DNA of 64,000 bases from Octopus vulgaris (lineage: Eukaryota): positions 64,356,001 to 64,420,000 of the forward strand of contig OX597827.1 of assembly GCA_951406725.2 (NCBI GenBank), read 5' to 3'. Made by a program: the position numbers and the translations under genes. Within the stretch, counting starts at the first letter, position 1, and each line of letters begins with the position of its first letter. Positions 39,906 to 55,405 of this stretch are shown in pieces. The notes below the pieces were generated by a model, which worked only from the letters and a program-made list of their open reading frames with translations, was not told the origin of the DNA and ran no database searches.

Positions 39906-42811
39906 TTATGTATATATATGCCAATTAGGTATATATATATGCAAATTATGTATATATATATGCAAATTATGTATATATATATGCAAATTATGTATTTATT
40001 TTTGCAAATTATATATATATATATGCAAATTAAGTATATATATATGCAAATTATGTATATGTATATGCAAATTATGTATATATATATGCAATTTATGTAT
40101 ATATATATATGCAAATTATGTATATATATATGCAATTTATCTATATATATATATATGAAATTATGTATATATATGCAAATTATGTATATATATGCAAATT
40201 ATGTATATATATATATGCAAATTATGTATATATAAATATATGCAAATTATGTATATATATATGAAAATTATGTATATATATGCAAATTATGTATAGATAT
40301 CTTTAAATTATGTATATATATATGCAAATTATGTATATATATATGGAAATTATGTATATATATATGGACATTATGTATATATATATGCAAATTATGTATA
40401 TATATATGAGAATTATGTATATATATATGCAAATTATGTATATATATATGCAAATTATATACATATATGAAAATTATATATATATATATATGCAAATTAT
40501 GTATTTATTTTTGCAAATTATGTATATATATATGCAAATTATGTATATATATATGCAAATTATGTATATATATATGCAAATTATGTATATATATATATAT
40601 ATATGCAAATTATGTATATATATATGCAAATTATCTATATATATATATATGAAATTAAGTATATATATGCAAATTATGTATATATATGCAAATTATGTAT
40701 ATATATATGCAAATTATGTATATATATATATATATGCAAATTATGTATATATATATGAAAATTATGTATATATATGCAAATTATGTATAGATATATTTAA
40801 ATTATGTATATATATATGCAAATTATGTATATATATACATAATTTGATATATATACATAATTTGCATATATATGCAAATTATGTATATATTTATGCAAAT
40901 TATGTATATATATATGAAATTATGTATATATATATGGACATTATGTATATATATATGCAAATTATGTATATATATATATATGCAAATTATGTATATATAT
41001 ATGCAAATTATGTATATATATATGCAAATTATGTATATATATATGCAAATTATGTATATAAATATTCAAATTATGTATATATATATGAGAATTATGTATA
41101 TATATATGCAAATTATGTATATATATATGCAAATTATGTTTATATGCAAATTATGTATATATATATGCAAATTATATATATATATTCAAATTATGTATAT
41201 ATATATGCAAATTATGTATATATATGCAAATTATGTATATATATGCAAATTATGTATATATATATATGCAAATTATGTATATATATATGCAAATTATGTA
41301 TATATATATGCAAATTATGTATATATATGCAAATTATGTATATATATGCAAATTATGTATATATATATATGCAAATTATGTATATATATATATATGCAAA
41401 TTATGTATATATATATATGAAAATTATGTATATATATGCAAATTATGTATAAATATATGCAAATTATGTATATATATATGCATATTATGTATATATATAT
41501 GCAAATTATGTATATATATGCCAATTATGTATATATATATGCAAATTATGTATATATATATGCAAATTATGTATATATATATGCAAATTATGTATTTATT
41601 TTTGCAAATTATGTATATATATATGCAAATTATGTTTATATATATGCAAATTATGTATATATATATGCAAATTATGTATACATATATATATGCAAATTAT
41701 GTATATATATATGCAAATTATCTATATATATATATGAAATTATGTATATATATGCAAATTATGTATATATATGCAAATTATGTATATATATATATGCAAA
41801 TTATGTATATATATGCAAATTATGTATATATATATATGCAAATTATGTATATATATATGCATATTATGTATATATATATGCAAATTATGTATATATATAT
41901 GCAATTATGTATATATATATGCAAATTATGTATATATATATGCAAATTATGTATTTATTTTTGCAAATTATGTATATATACGCAAATTATGTTTATATAA
42001 ATGCAAATTATGTATATATATATGCAAATTATGTATATATATATATATGCAAATTATGTATATATATATGCAAATTATCTATATATATATATGAAATTAT
42101 GTATATATATGCAAATTATGTATATATATGCAAATTATGTATATATATATATGCAAATTATGTATATATATATGCAAATTATGTATATATATATGAAAAT
42201 TACGTATATATATGCAAATTATGTATAGATATATGCAAATTATGTATATATATATGCAAATTATGTATATATATATGCAAATTATGTATATTTAGATATG
42301 CAAATTATGTATATATATATGCAAATTATATATATATATATGCCAATTATGTATATATATATGCAAATTATGTATATATATATGCAAATTATGTATATAT
42401 ATATGGAAATTAAGTATATATATATGCAAATTATGTATATATATATGCAAATTATGTATATATATATGCAAATTATGTATATATATATGCAAATTATGTA
42501 TATATATATGCAAATTATGTATATATATATATATGCAAATTATGTATATATATATGCAAATTATGTATATATATATGCAAATTATGTATATATATATGCA
42601 AATTATGTATATATATATATGCAAATTATGTATATAAATATTCAAATTATGTATATATATGCAAATTATGTATATATATATGCAAATTATGTATATATAT
42701 ATGCAAATTACGTATATATATGCAAATTATGTATATATATGCAAATTATGTATATATATGCAAATTATGTATATATATATATGCAAATTATGTATATATA
42801 TATGCAAATTA
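39906..42811 (+). repeat. Satellite E block 2
   Basis: Same entry (AGATTATGTATATATATGCCAATTAGG) and exit (TGCAAATTAATATATTCTAT) junctions as block 1. Confidence 0.98.
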
Positions 42812-44736
42812 ATATATTCTATTTATAGATTCTATTTATAGATTCTATTAATAGATTCTATTTATAGATTCTATTTATAGATTCTATATATAGATTCTAT
42901 TTATAGATTCTATTTATTTATTTATTTATTTATAGATTCTATATATAGATTCTATTTATAGATTCTATTTATAGATTCTATTTATAGATTCTATTTATAG
43001 ATTCTATTTATAGATTCTATTAATAGATTCTATTAATAGATTCTATTTATAGATTCTATTTATAGATTCTATTTATAGATTCTATTAATAGATTCCATTT
43101 ATAGATTCTATTTATATATTCTATATATAGATTCTATTTATAGATTCTATTCATTTATTTATTTATTTATTTATAGATTCTATTTATAGATTCTATTTAT
43201 AGATTCTATTTATAGATTCTATTTATAGATTCTATTTATAGATTCTATTTATAGATTCTTTTTATAGATTCTATTAATAGATTCTATTAATAGATTCTAT
43301 TTATAGATTCTATTTATAGATTCTATTAATAGATTCTATTTATAGATTCTATTTATATATTCTATATATAGATTCTATTTATAGATTCTATTTATTTATT
43401 TATTTATTTATTTATTTATAGATTCTATTTATAGATTCTATTTATAGATTCTATTTATAGATTCTATTTATAGATTCTATTTATAGATTCTATTTATAGA
43501 TAAAATATTTATATTTACTTATTTATTAATTTATAGATTCTATTAACAGATTCTATTTATAGATTCTATTAATAGATTCTATTAATAGATTCTATTTATA
43601 GATTCTATTTATAGATTCTATTAATAGATTCTATTCATAGATTCTATTTATAGATTCTATATATAGATTCTATTTATAGATTCTATTTATTTATTTATTT
43701 ATTTATTTATAGATTCTATTTATAGATTCTATTTATAGATTCTATTTATAGATTCTATTTATAGATTCTATTTATAGATACAATATATTTATTTTTTTTT
43801 ATTTATAGATTCTATTTATAGATTCTATTTATAGATTCTATTAATAGATTCTATTTATAGATTCTATTAATAGATTCTATTAATAGATTCTATTAATAGA
43901 TTCTATTTCTAGATTCTATTTATAGATTCTATATATGGATTATATTTATAGATTCTATTTATTTATTTATTTATTTATAGATTCTATTTATAGATTCTAT
44001 TTATAGTTTCTATTTATAGATTCTATTTATAAATTCTATTTATATATTCTATTTATAGATTCTATTAGTATCTATAAATAGAATCTATAAATAGAATCTA
44101 TAAATAAATAATTAAATAAATAAATAAATAGTATCTATAAATAGAATCTATAAATAGAATCTATAAATAGAATCTATAAATAGAATCTATACATAGAATC
44201 TATAAATAGAATCTATAAATAGAATCTATAACTAGAATCTATAAATAAATAAATAAATAAATAGTATCTATAAATAGAATCTATGAATAGAATCTATAAA
44301 TAGAATCTATAAATAAATAAATAAATAAATAAATAAATTGAATCTATAAATAGTATCGATAAATAGAATCTATAAATAGAATCTATAAATAAATAAATAA
44401 ATAAATAGTATCTATAAATAGAATCTATAAATAGAATCTATAAATAGAATCTATATATAAATAAATAAATGAATAAATAAATAAATAAATAAATAAATAA
44501 ATAGATTCTATTAATAGGATCTATAAATAGAATCTATAAATAGAATCTATAAATAGAATCTATAAATAGAATCTATAAATCGAATCTATAAATAGAATCT
44601 ATAAATAGTATCTATAAATAGAATCTATAAATAGAATCTATAAGTAGAATCTATAAATAAATAAATAAATAAATAAATAATTAGTATCTATAAATAGAAT
44701 CTATAAAGAGAATCTATAAATAGAATCTATAAATAG
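42812..44736. repeat. Satellite D, forward then reverse (switch ~44066)
   Basis: Near copy of 38123-39905, sharing rare variants (GATTCCATT, ATTTCTAG, TGGATTAT, TAGTTTCT). Confidence 0.97.
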
Positions 44737-47700
44737 ATTATGTATATATATGCCAATTAGGTATATATATATGCAAATTATGTATATATATATGCAAATT
44801 ATGTATATATATATATGCAAATTATGTATTTATTTTTGCAAATTATGTATATATATATGCAAATTATGTATATATATATGCAAATTATGTATATATATAT
44901 GCAAATTATGTATATATATATGCAAATTATGTATATATATATATGCAAATTATGTATATATATATGCAATTTATCTATATATATATATATGAAATTATGT
45001 ATATATATGCAAATTATGTATATATATGCAAATTATGTATATATATATATATGCAAATTATGTATATATAAATATATGCAAATTATGTATATATATATGA
45101 AAATTATGTATATATATGCAAATTATGTATAGATATCTTTAAATTATGTATATATATATGCAAATTATGTATATATATACATAATTTGCATATATATACA
45201 TCATTTGCATATATATGCAAATTATGTATATATTTATGCAAATTATGTATATATATATGGAAATTATGTATATATATATGGACATTATGTATATATATAT
45301 GCAAATTATGTATATATATATATATGCAAATTATGTATATATATATGCAAATTATGTATATATATATGCAAATTATGTATATATATCTGCAAATTATGTA
45401 TATAAATATTCAAATTATGTATATATATATGAGAATTATGTATATATATATGCAAATTATGTATATATATATGCAAATTATGTATATATGCAAATTATGT
45501 ATATATATATATGCAAATTATATATATATATGCAAATTACGTATATATATATGCAAATTATGTATATATATGCAAATTATGTATATATATGCAAATTATG
45601 TATATATCTGCAAATTATGTATATATATATATGCAAATTATGTATATATATATATATGCAAATTATGTATATATATATATGAAAATTATGTATATATATG
45701 CAAATTATGTATAAATATATGCAAATTATGTATATATATATGCAAATTATGTATATATATATGCAAATTATGTATATATATGCCAATTATGTATATATAT
45801 ATGCAAATTATGTATATATATATGCAAATTATGTATATATATATATGCAAATTATGTATTTATTTTTGCAAATTATGTATATATATATGCAAATTATGTT
45901 TATATATATGCAAATTATGTATATATATATGCAAATTATGTATACATATATATATGCAAATTATGTATATATATATGCAAATTATCTATATATATATATG
46001 AAATTATGTATATATATGCAAATTATGTATATATATGCAAATTATGTATATATATATATATATATGCAGATTATGTATAAATATATGCAAATTATGTATA
46101 TATATATGCAAATTATGTATATATATATGCAAATTATGTATATATATGCCAATTATGTATATATATATGCAAATTATGTATATATATATGCAAATTATGT
46201 ATATATATATGCAAATTATGTATTTATTTTTGCAAATTATGTATATATATATGCAAATTATGTTTATATATATGCAAATTATGTATATATATATATGCAA
46301 ATTATGTATATATATATGCAAATTATTTATATATATATGCAAATTATCTATATATATATATGAAATTATGTATATATATGCAAATTATGTATATCCACGG
46401 CCTTTAAACTAAGAAAAAATAGTGTAATTGGTGTAAAACTACTTGTTCTAAACGAGTATCAAGAACACACACTCACACATGAATCATAAAATCATATTTC
46501 GCAAAAAAAAAAAATATAAGAGAAGAAATTCTGGAAAAAGTGAAGAAATGTTGGATCTCCGCCATGTGAATCAAAACACCTAAAAGCTCCACGAGGCTCC
46601 GGCAGGGGATGGTGGTGATCCCTGCTGTACTCTTTCACCACTCTAAAAGGCGGTGCTCCAGCATGGCCGCAGTCAAATGACTGAAACAAGTACAAAAAAA
46701 AAAAAAAAAAAAAAAATGCAAATTATGTATATATATATATGCAAATTATGTATATATATATGCAAATTATGTATATATATATGAAAATTATGTATATATA
46801 TGCAAATTATGTATATATATATGCAAATTATGTATATATATATGAAAATTATGTATATATATGCAAATTATGTATATATATATGCAAATTATGTATATAT
46901 ATGCAAATTATGTATATATATGCAAATTATGTATAGATATATGCAAATTATGTATATATATATGCAAAATATGTATATATATATGCAAATTATGTATATA
47001 TAGATATGCAAATTATGTATATGTATATGCAAATTATATATATATATGCCAATTATGTATATATATATGCAAATTATGTATATATATATGCAAATTATGT
47101 ATATATATATGCAAATTATGTATATATATATGCAAATTATGTATATAAATATTCAAATTATGTATATATATATGCAAATTATGTATATATATATGGAAAT
47201 TATGTATATATAAATGCAAATTATGTATATATATATGCAAATTATATATATATATATATATGCAAATTATGTATATATATATGCAAATTATGTATATATA
47301 TATGCAAATTATGTATATATATATGCAAATTATGTATATATATATGCAAATTATGTATATAAATATTCAAATTATGTATATATATATGCAAATTATGTAT
47401 ATATATATGCAAATTATGTATATATATGCAAATTATGTATATATATGCAAATTATGTATATATATGCAAATTATGTATAAATATATGCAAATTATGTATA
47501 TATATATGCAAATTATGTATATATATATGCAAATTATGTATATATATGCCAATTATGTATATATATATGCAAATTATGTATATATATATGCAAATTATGT
47601 ATATATATATGCAAATTATGTATTTATTTTTGCAAATTATGTATATATATATGCAAATTATGTATATATATATAAATTATGTATATATATATATATGCAA

Positions 47701-48392
47701 ATTATGTATATATATATGCAAATTATCTATATATATATATGAAATTATGTATATATATGCAAATTATGTATATATATGCAAATTATGTATATATATATAT
47801 GCAAATTATGTATATATATATGCAAATTATGTATATATATATGAAAATTATGTATATATATGCCAATTATGTATATATATATGCAAATTATGTATATATA
47901 TATGCAAATTATGTATTTATTTTTTAAATTATGTATATATATATGCAAATTATGTATATATATATGCAAATTATGTATATATATATGCAAATTATGTATA
48001 TATATGCAAATTATGTATAGATATATGCAAATTATGTATATATATATGCAAATTATGTATATATATATGCAAATTATGTATATATAGATATGCAAATTAT
48101 GTATATATATATGCAAATTATGTATATATATGCCAATTATGTATATATATATGCAAATTATGTATATATATATGCAAATTATGTATATATATATGGAAAT
48201 TAAGTATATATATATGCAAATTATGTATATATATATGCAAATTATGTATATATATATATATGCAAATTATGTATATATATATGCAAATTACGTATATATA
48301 TATGCAAATTATGTATATATATGCAAATTATGTATATATATGCAAATTATGTATATATATATATGCAAATTATGTATATATATATGCAAATT
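44737..48392 (+). repeat. Satellite E block 3, interrupted by a retroposed insert
   Basis: Same entry junction as blocks 1 and 2. Confidence 0.98.
46395..46716 (+). mobile_element. Poly(A)-tailed non-LTR retroposed insertion sharing the SINE 3' tail
   Basis: ~250 bp not found elsewhere in the window, then GGCGGTGCTCCAGCATGGCCGCAGTCAAATGACTGAAACAAGT (reverse complement of ~9696-9737) and a ~23-nt poly(A). Confidence 0.85.
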
Positions 48393-51300
48393 AATAGATT
48401 CTATTTATAGAATCTATTAATAGATTCTATTTATAGATTCTATATATAAATTCTATTTATAGATTCTATTTATTTATTTATTTATTTATTTATTTATAGA
48501 TTCTATTTATAGATTCTATTTATAGATTCTATTTATAGATTCTATTTATAGATTCTATTTATAGATTCTTTTTATAGATTCTATTAATAGATTCTATTAA
48601 TAGATTCTATTTATAGATTCTATTTATATATTCTATTAATAGATGTTATTTATAGATTCTATTTATATATTCTATATATAGATTCTATTTATAGATTCTA
48701 TTTATTTATTTATTTATTTATTTATTTATAGATTTTATTTATAGATTCTATTTATAGATTCTATTTATAGATTCTATTTATAGATTCTATTTATAGATTC
48801 TATTTATAGATACAATTTATTTACTTATTTATTTATTTATAGATTCTATTAACAGATTCTATTTATAGATTCTATTAATAGATTCTATTAATAGATTCTA
48901 TTTATAGATTCTATTTATAGATTCTATTAATAGATTCTATTTATAGATTCTATTTATAGATTCTATATATAGATTCTATTTATAGATTCTATTTATTTAT
49001 TTATTTATTTATTTATTTATAGATTCTATTTATAGATTCTATTTATAGATTCAATTTATAGATTCTATTTATAGATTCTATTTATAGATTCTATTTATAG
49101 ATTCTATTTATAGATTCTATTTATAAATTCTTTTTATAGATTCTATTAATAGATTCTATTAATAGATTCTATTTATAGATTCTATTTATAGATTCTATTA
49201 ATAGATTCTATTTATAGATTCTATTTATATATTCTATATATAGATTCTATTTATAGTTTCTATTTATTTATTTATTTATTTATTTATAGATTCTATTTAT
49301 AGATTCTATTTATAGATTCTATTTATAGATTCTATTTATAGATTCTATTTATAGATTCTATTTATAGATTCTATTTATAGATACAATTTATTTACTTATT
49401 TATTAATTTATAGATTCTATTAACAGATTCTATTTATAGATTCTATTAATAGATTCTATTAATAGATTCTATTTATAGATTCTATTTATAGATTCTATTA
49501 ATAGATTCTATTTATTGATTCTATTTATAGATTCTATATATAGATTCTATTTATAGATTCTATTTATTTATTTATTTATTTATTTATAGATTCTATTTAT
49601 AGATTCTATTTATAGATTCTATTAATAGATTCTATTTATAGATTCTATTTATAGATTCTATTTATAGATACAATTTATTTACTTATTTATTTATTTATAG
49701 ATTCTATTTATAGATTCTATTTATAGATTCTATTAATAGATTCTATTAATAAATTCTATTTATAGATTCTATTTATAGATTCTATATATAGATTCTATTT
49801 ATAGATTCTATTTATTTATTTATTTATAGATTCTATTTATAGATTCTATTTATAGATTCTATTTATAGATTCTATTTATAAATACAATTTATTTACTTAT
49901 TTATTTATTTATAGATTCTATTAACAGATTCTATTTATAGATTCTATTAATAGATTCTATTTATTTATATATTTATTTATAGATTCTATTTATAGATTCT
50001 ATTTATAGATTCTATTTATAGATTCTATTTATAGATTCTATTTATAGATTATATTGATAGATTCTATTTATAGATTCTATTTATAGATTCTATTAATAGA
50101 TTCTATTAATAGATTCTATGTATAGATTCTATTTATAGATTCTATTTATTTATTTATTTATTCATAGATTCTATTTATAGATTCTATATATAGATTCTAT
50201 TTATAGATTCTAGTTATTTATTAATTAATTTATTTATTTATAGATTCTATTTATAGATTCTATTTATAGATTCTATTTATAGATTCTATTTATAGATTCT
50301 ATTTACTTATTTATTTATAGATTCTATTTATTAATAGATTCTATTAATAGATTAGATTTATAGATTCTATTTATAGATTCTATTTATAGATTGTATTTAT
50401 AGATTCTATTTATAGATTCTATTTATAGATTCTATTTATTTATTTATTTATTTATTTATTTATAGATTCTATTTATAGATTCTTTTTATAGATTCTATAA
50501 ATAGATTCTATTAATAGAATCTATAAATAGATTCTATTTATAGATTCTATTAATAGATTCTATTTATAGATTCTATTTATATATTCTATATATAGATTCT
50601 ATTTATAGATTCTATTTATTTATTTATTTATTTATTTATTTATAGATTCTATTTATAGATTCTATTTATAGATTCTATTAATAGATTCTATTTATAGATT
50701 CTATTTATAGATTCTATTAATAGATTCTATTTATAGATTCTATTTATAGATTCTATATATAGATTCTATTTATAGATTCTATTTATTTATTTATTTATTT
50801 ATTTATTTATAGATTCTATTTATAGATTCTATTCATAGATTCTATTTATAGATTCTATTTATAGATACAATTTATTTACCTATTTATTTATTTATAGATT
50901 CTATTTATAGATTCTATTTATAGATTCTATTAATAGATTCTATTTATAGATTCTATTAATAGATTCTATTAGATTCTATTAATAGATTCTATTTATAGAT
51001 TCTATTTATAGATTCTATTTATAGATACAATTTATTTACTTATTTATTTATTTATAGATTCCATTAATAGATTCTATTTATAGATTCTATTAATAGATTC
51101 TATTAATAGATTCTATTTATAGATTCTATTTATAGATTCTATTAATAGATTCTATTTATAGATTCTATTTATAGATTCTATATATAGATTCTATTTATAG
51201 ATTCTATTTATTTATTTATTTATTTATAGATTCTATTTATAGATTCTATTTATAGATTCTATTTATAGATTCTATTTATAGATTCTATTAGTATCTATAA

Positions 51301-51553
51301 ATAGAATCTATAAATAGAATCTATAAATAAATAAATAAATAAATAGTATTTATAAATAGAATCTATAAATAGAATCTATAAATAGAATCTATAAATAGAA
51401 TCTATAAATAGAATCTATAAGTAGAATCTATAAATAGAATCTATAAATAGAATCTATAAAAAGAATCTATAAATAAATAAATAAATAAATAGTATCTATA
51501 AATAGAATCTATAAATAGAATCTATAAATAGAATCTATACATAAATAAAAAAA

Positions 51554-51588
<35 letters not shown>

Positions 51589-52285
51589 ATAGAATCTATT
51601 AATAGGATCTATAAATATAATCTATAAATAGTATCTATAAATAGAATCTATAAACAGAATCTATAAATCGAATCTATAAATAGAATCTATAAATAGTATC
51701 TATAAATAGAATCTATAAATAGAATCTATAAATAGAATCTATAAATAAATAAATAAATAAATAAATAATTAGTATCTATAAATTGAATCTATAAAGAGAA
51801 TCTATAAATATAATCTATAAATAGAATCTATAAATAGAATCTATAAATAGAATCTATAAATAGTATCTATAAATAGAATCTATAAATAAATAAGTAAATA
51901 AATAAATAGAATCTATGAATAGAATCTATAAATAGAATCTGTAATTAGAATCTATAAATAGAATCTATAAATAGAATCTATAAATCGAATCTATTAATAG
52001 AATTTATAAATAGAATCTATAAATAGAATCTATAAATAGAATCTATAAATAGAATCTATAAATAAGTAAATAAATAAATAGTATCTATTAATAGAATCTA
52101 TAAGTAGAATCTATAAATAGAATCTATAAATAGAATCTATAAATAGAATCTATAAATAGAATCTATAAGTAGAATCTATAAATAGAATCTATAAATAGAA
52201 TCTATAAATAGAATCTATAAATAAATAAATAAATAAATAGTATCTATAAATAGAATCTATAAATAGAAACTATAAATAGAATCTA

Positions 52286-52328
<43 letters not shown>

Positions 52329-53761
52329 ATAGAATCTATTAATAGGATCTATAAATAGAATCTATAAATAGAATCTATAAATAGAATCTATAAATAGAAT
52401 CTATAAATAGAATCTATAAATAGTATCTATAAATAGAATCTATAAATAGAATCTATAAATAGAATCTATAAATAAATAAATAAATAAATAATTAGTATCT
52501 ATAAATAGAATCTATAAAGAGAATAAATAAATAGAAGCTATAAATAGAATCTATAAATAGAATCTATAAATAGTATCTTTAAATAGAATCTATAAATAGA
52601 ATCTATAAATAAATAAATAAATAAATAAATAGAATCTATAAATAGAATCTATAAATAGAATCTATAAATAGAATCTATAAATAGAATCTATAAATAAATA
52701 AATAAATATATAAATAGTATCTATAAATAGAATCTATAAATAGAATCTATAAATAGAATCTATAAATAGAACCTATAAATAGAATCTATAAATAGAATCT
52801 ATAAATAGAATATAATAAATAAATAAATAAATAAATAAATAAATAGTATCTCTAAATAGAATCTATAAATAGAATCTATAAATAGAATCTATAAATAGAA
52901 TCTATAAATAGAATCTATAAATAGAATCTATTAATAGAATCTATAAATAAATAAATAAATAAATAAATAAATAGTATCTATAAATAGAATCTATGAATAG
53001 AATCTATAAATAGAATCTATAAATAGAATCTATAAATAGAATCTATAAATAGAATCTATAAATAAATAAATAAATAAATAGTATGTATAAATAGAATCTA
53101 TAAATAGAATCTATAAAGAGAATCTATAAATAGAATCTATAAATAGAATCTATAAATAGAATGTATAAATAAATAAATAAATAAATAAATAGTATCTATA
53201 AATAGAATCTATAAATAGAATCTATAAATAGAATCTATAAATAGAATCTATAAATAGAATCTATAAATAAATAAATAAATAAATAAATAAATAGTATCTA
53301 TAAATAGAATCTATAAATAGAATCTATAAATAGAATCTATAAATAGAATCTATACATAGAATCTATAAATAGAATCTATAAATAGAATCTATAAATAGAA
53401 TCTATAAATAAATAAATAAATAAATAGTGTCTATAAATAGAATCTATAAATAGAATCTATAAATAAATAAATAAATAAATAAATAGAATCTATAAATAGT
53501 ATCTATAAATAGAATCTATAAATAGAATCTATAAATAAATAAATAAATAAATAGTATTTATAAATAGAATCTATAAATAGAATCTATAAATAGAATCTAT
53601 AAATAGAATCTATAAATAGAATCTATAAGTAGAATCTATAAATAGAATCTATAAATAGAATCTATAAAAAGAATCTATAAATAAATAAATAATTAAATAG
53701 TATCTATAAATAGAATCTATAAATAGAATCTATAAATAGAATCTATATATAAATAAAAAAA

Positions 53762-53796
<35 letters not shown>

Positions 53797-54501
53797 ATAG
53801 AATCTATTAATAGGATCTATAAATATAATCTATAAATAGTATCTATAAATAGAATCTATAAATAGAATCTATAAATCGAATCTATAAATAGAATCTATAA
53901 ATAGTATCTTTAAATAGAATCTATAAATAGAATCTATAAATAGAATCTATAAATAAATAAATAAATAAATAATTAGTATCTATAAATAGAATCTATAAAG
54001 AAATCTATAAATATAATCTATAAATAGAATCTATAAATAGAATCTATAAATAGAATCTATAAATAGTATCTATAAATAGAATCTATAAATAAATAAATAA
54101 ATAAATAAATAGAATCTATGAATAGAATCTATAAATAGAATCTATAATTAGAATCTATAAATAGAATCTATAAATAGAATCTATAAATCGAATCTATTAA
54201 TAGAATTTATAAATAGAATCTATAAATAGAATCTATAAATAGAATCTATAAATAGAATCTATAAATAAGAAAATAAATAAATAGTATCTATTAATAGAAT
54301 CTATAAGTAGAATCTATAAATAGAATCTATAAATAGAATCTATAAATAGAATCTATAAATAGAATATATAAATAGAATCTATAAGTAGAATCTATAAATA
54401 GAATCTATAAATAGAATCTATAAATAGAATCTATAAATAAATAAATAAATAAATAGTATCTATAAATAGAATCTATAAATAGAAACTATAAATAGAATCT
54501 A

Positions 54502-54536
<35 letters not shown>

Positions 54537-55405
54537 ATATATAAATAAATAAATAGAATCTATTAATATGATCTATAAATAGAATCTATAAATAGAATCT
54601 ATAAATAGAATCTATAAATAGAATCTATAAATAGAATCTATAAATAGTATCTATAAATAGAATCTATAAATAGAATCTATAAATAGAATCTATAAATAAA
54701 TAAATAAATAAATAATTAGTATCTATAAATAGAATCTATAAAGAGAATAGATAAATAGAAGCTATAAATAGAATCTATAAATAGAATCTATAAATAGTAT
54801 CTTTAAATAGAATCTATAAATAGAATCTATAAATAAATAAATAAATAAATAAATAGAATCTATAAATAGAATCTATAAATAGAATCTATAAATAGAATCT
54901 ATAAATAGAATCTATAAATAAATAAATAAATATATAAATAGTATCTATAAATAGAATCTATAAATAGAATCTATAAATAGAATCTATAAATAGAACCTAT
55001 AAATAGAATCTATAAATAGAATCTATAAATAGAATATATAAATAAATAAATAAATAAATAAATAAATAGTATCTCTAAATAGAATCTATAAATAGAATCT
55101 ATAAATAGAATCTATAAATAGAATCTATAAATAGAATCTATAAATAGAATCTATAAATAGAATCTATAAATAAATAAATAAATAAATAGTATCTATAAAT
55201 AGAATCTATGAATAGAATCTATAAATAGAATCTATAAATAGAATCTATAAATAGAATCTATAAATAAGGAAATAAATAAATAAATAAATAAATAAATAGA
55301 ATCTATAAATAGTATCTATAAATAGAATCTATAAATAGAATCTATAAATAAATAAATAAATAAATAGAATCTATAAATAGAATCTATAAATAGAATCTAT
55401 AATTA
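48393..55405. repeat. Satellite D, forward up to ~51288 then reverse, with an ~2.2-kb internal duplication
   Basis: Rare variants recur ~2.2 kb apart: AGAAGCTATA at ~52533 and ~54757, GAACCTATA at ~52769 and ~54993, TATCTCTAAA at ~52847 and ~55070. Confidence 0.97.

Noticed and set aside
46500-46570. Possible C-terminus of a LINE ORF2 (...NIREEILEKVKKCWISAM*)
   Set aside because: Too short, an in-frame stop lies just upstream, and I recognise no motif; not called as CDS.
35160-48420. ORFs with MQIMYIY, YANYVYI or CKLCIYI repeats
   Set aside because: Translations of satellite E, whose spacers vary in 2-bp steps.
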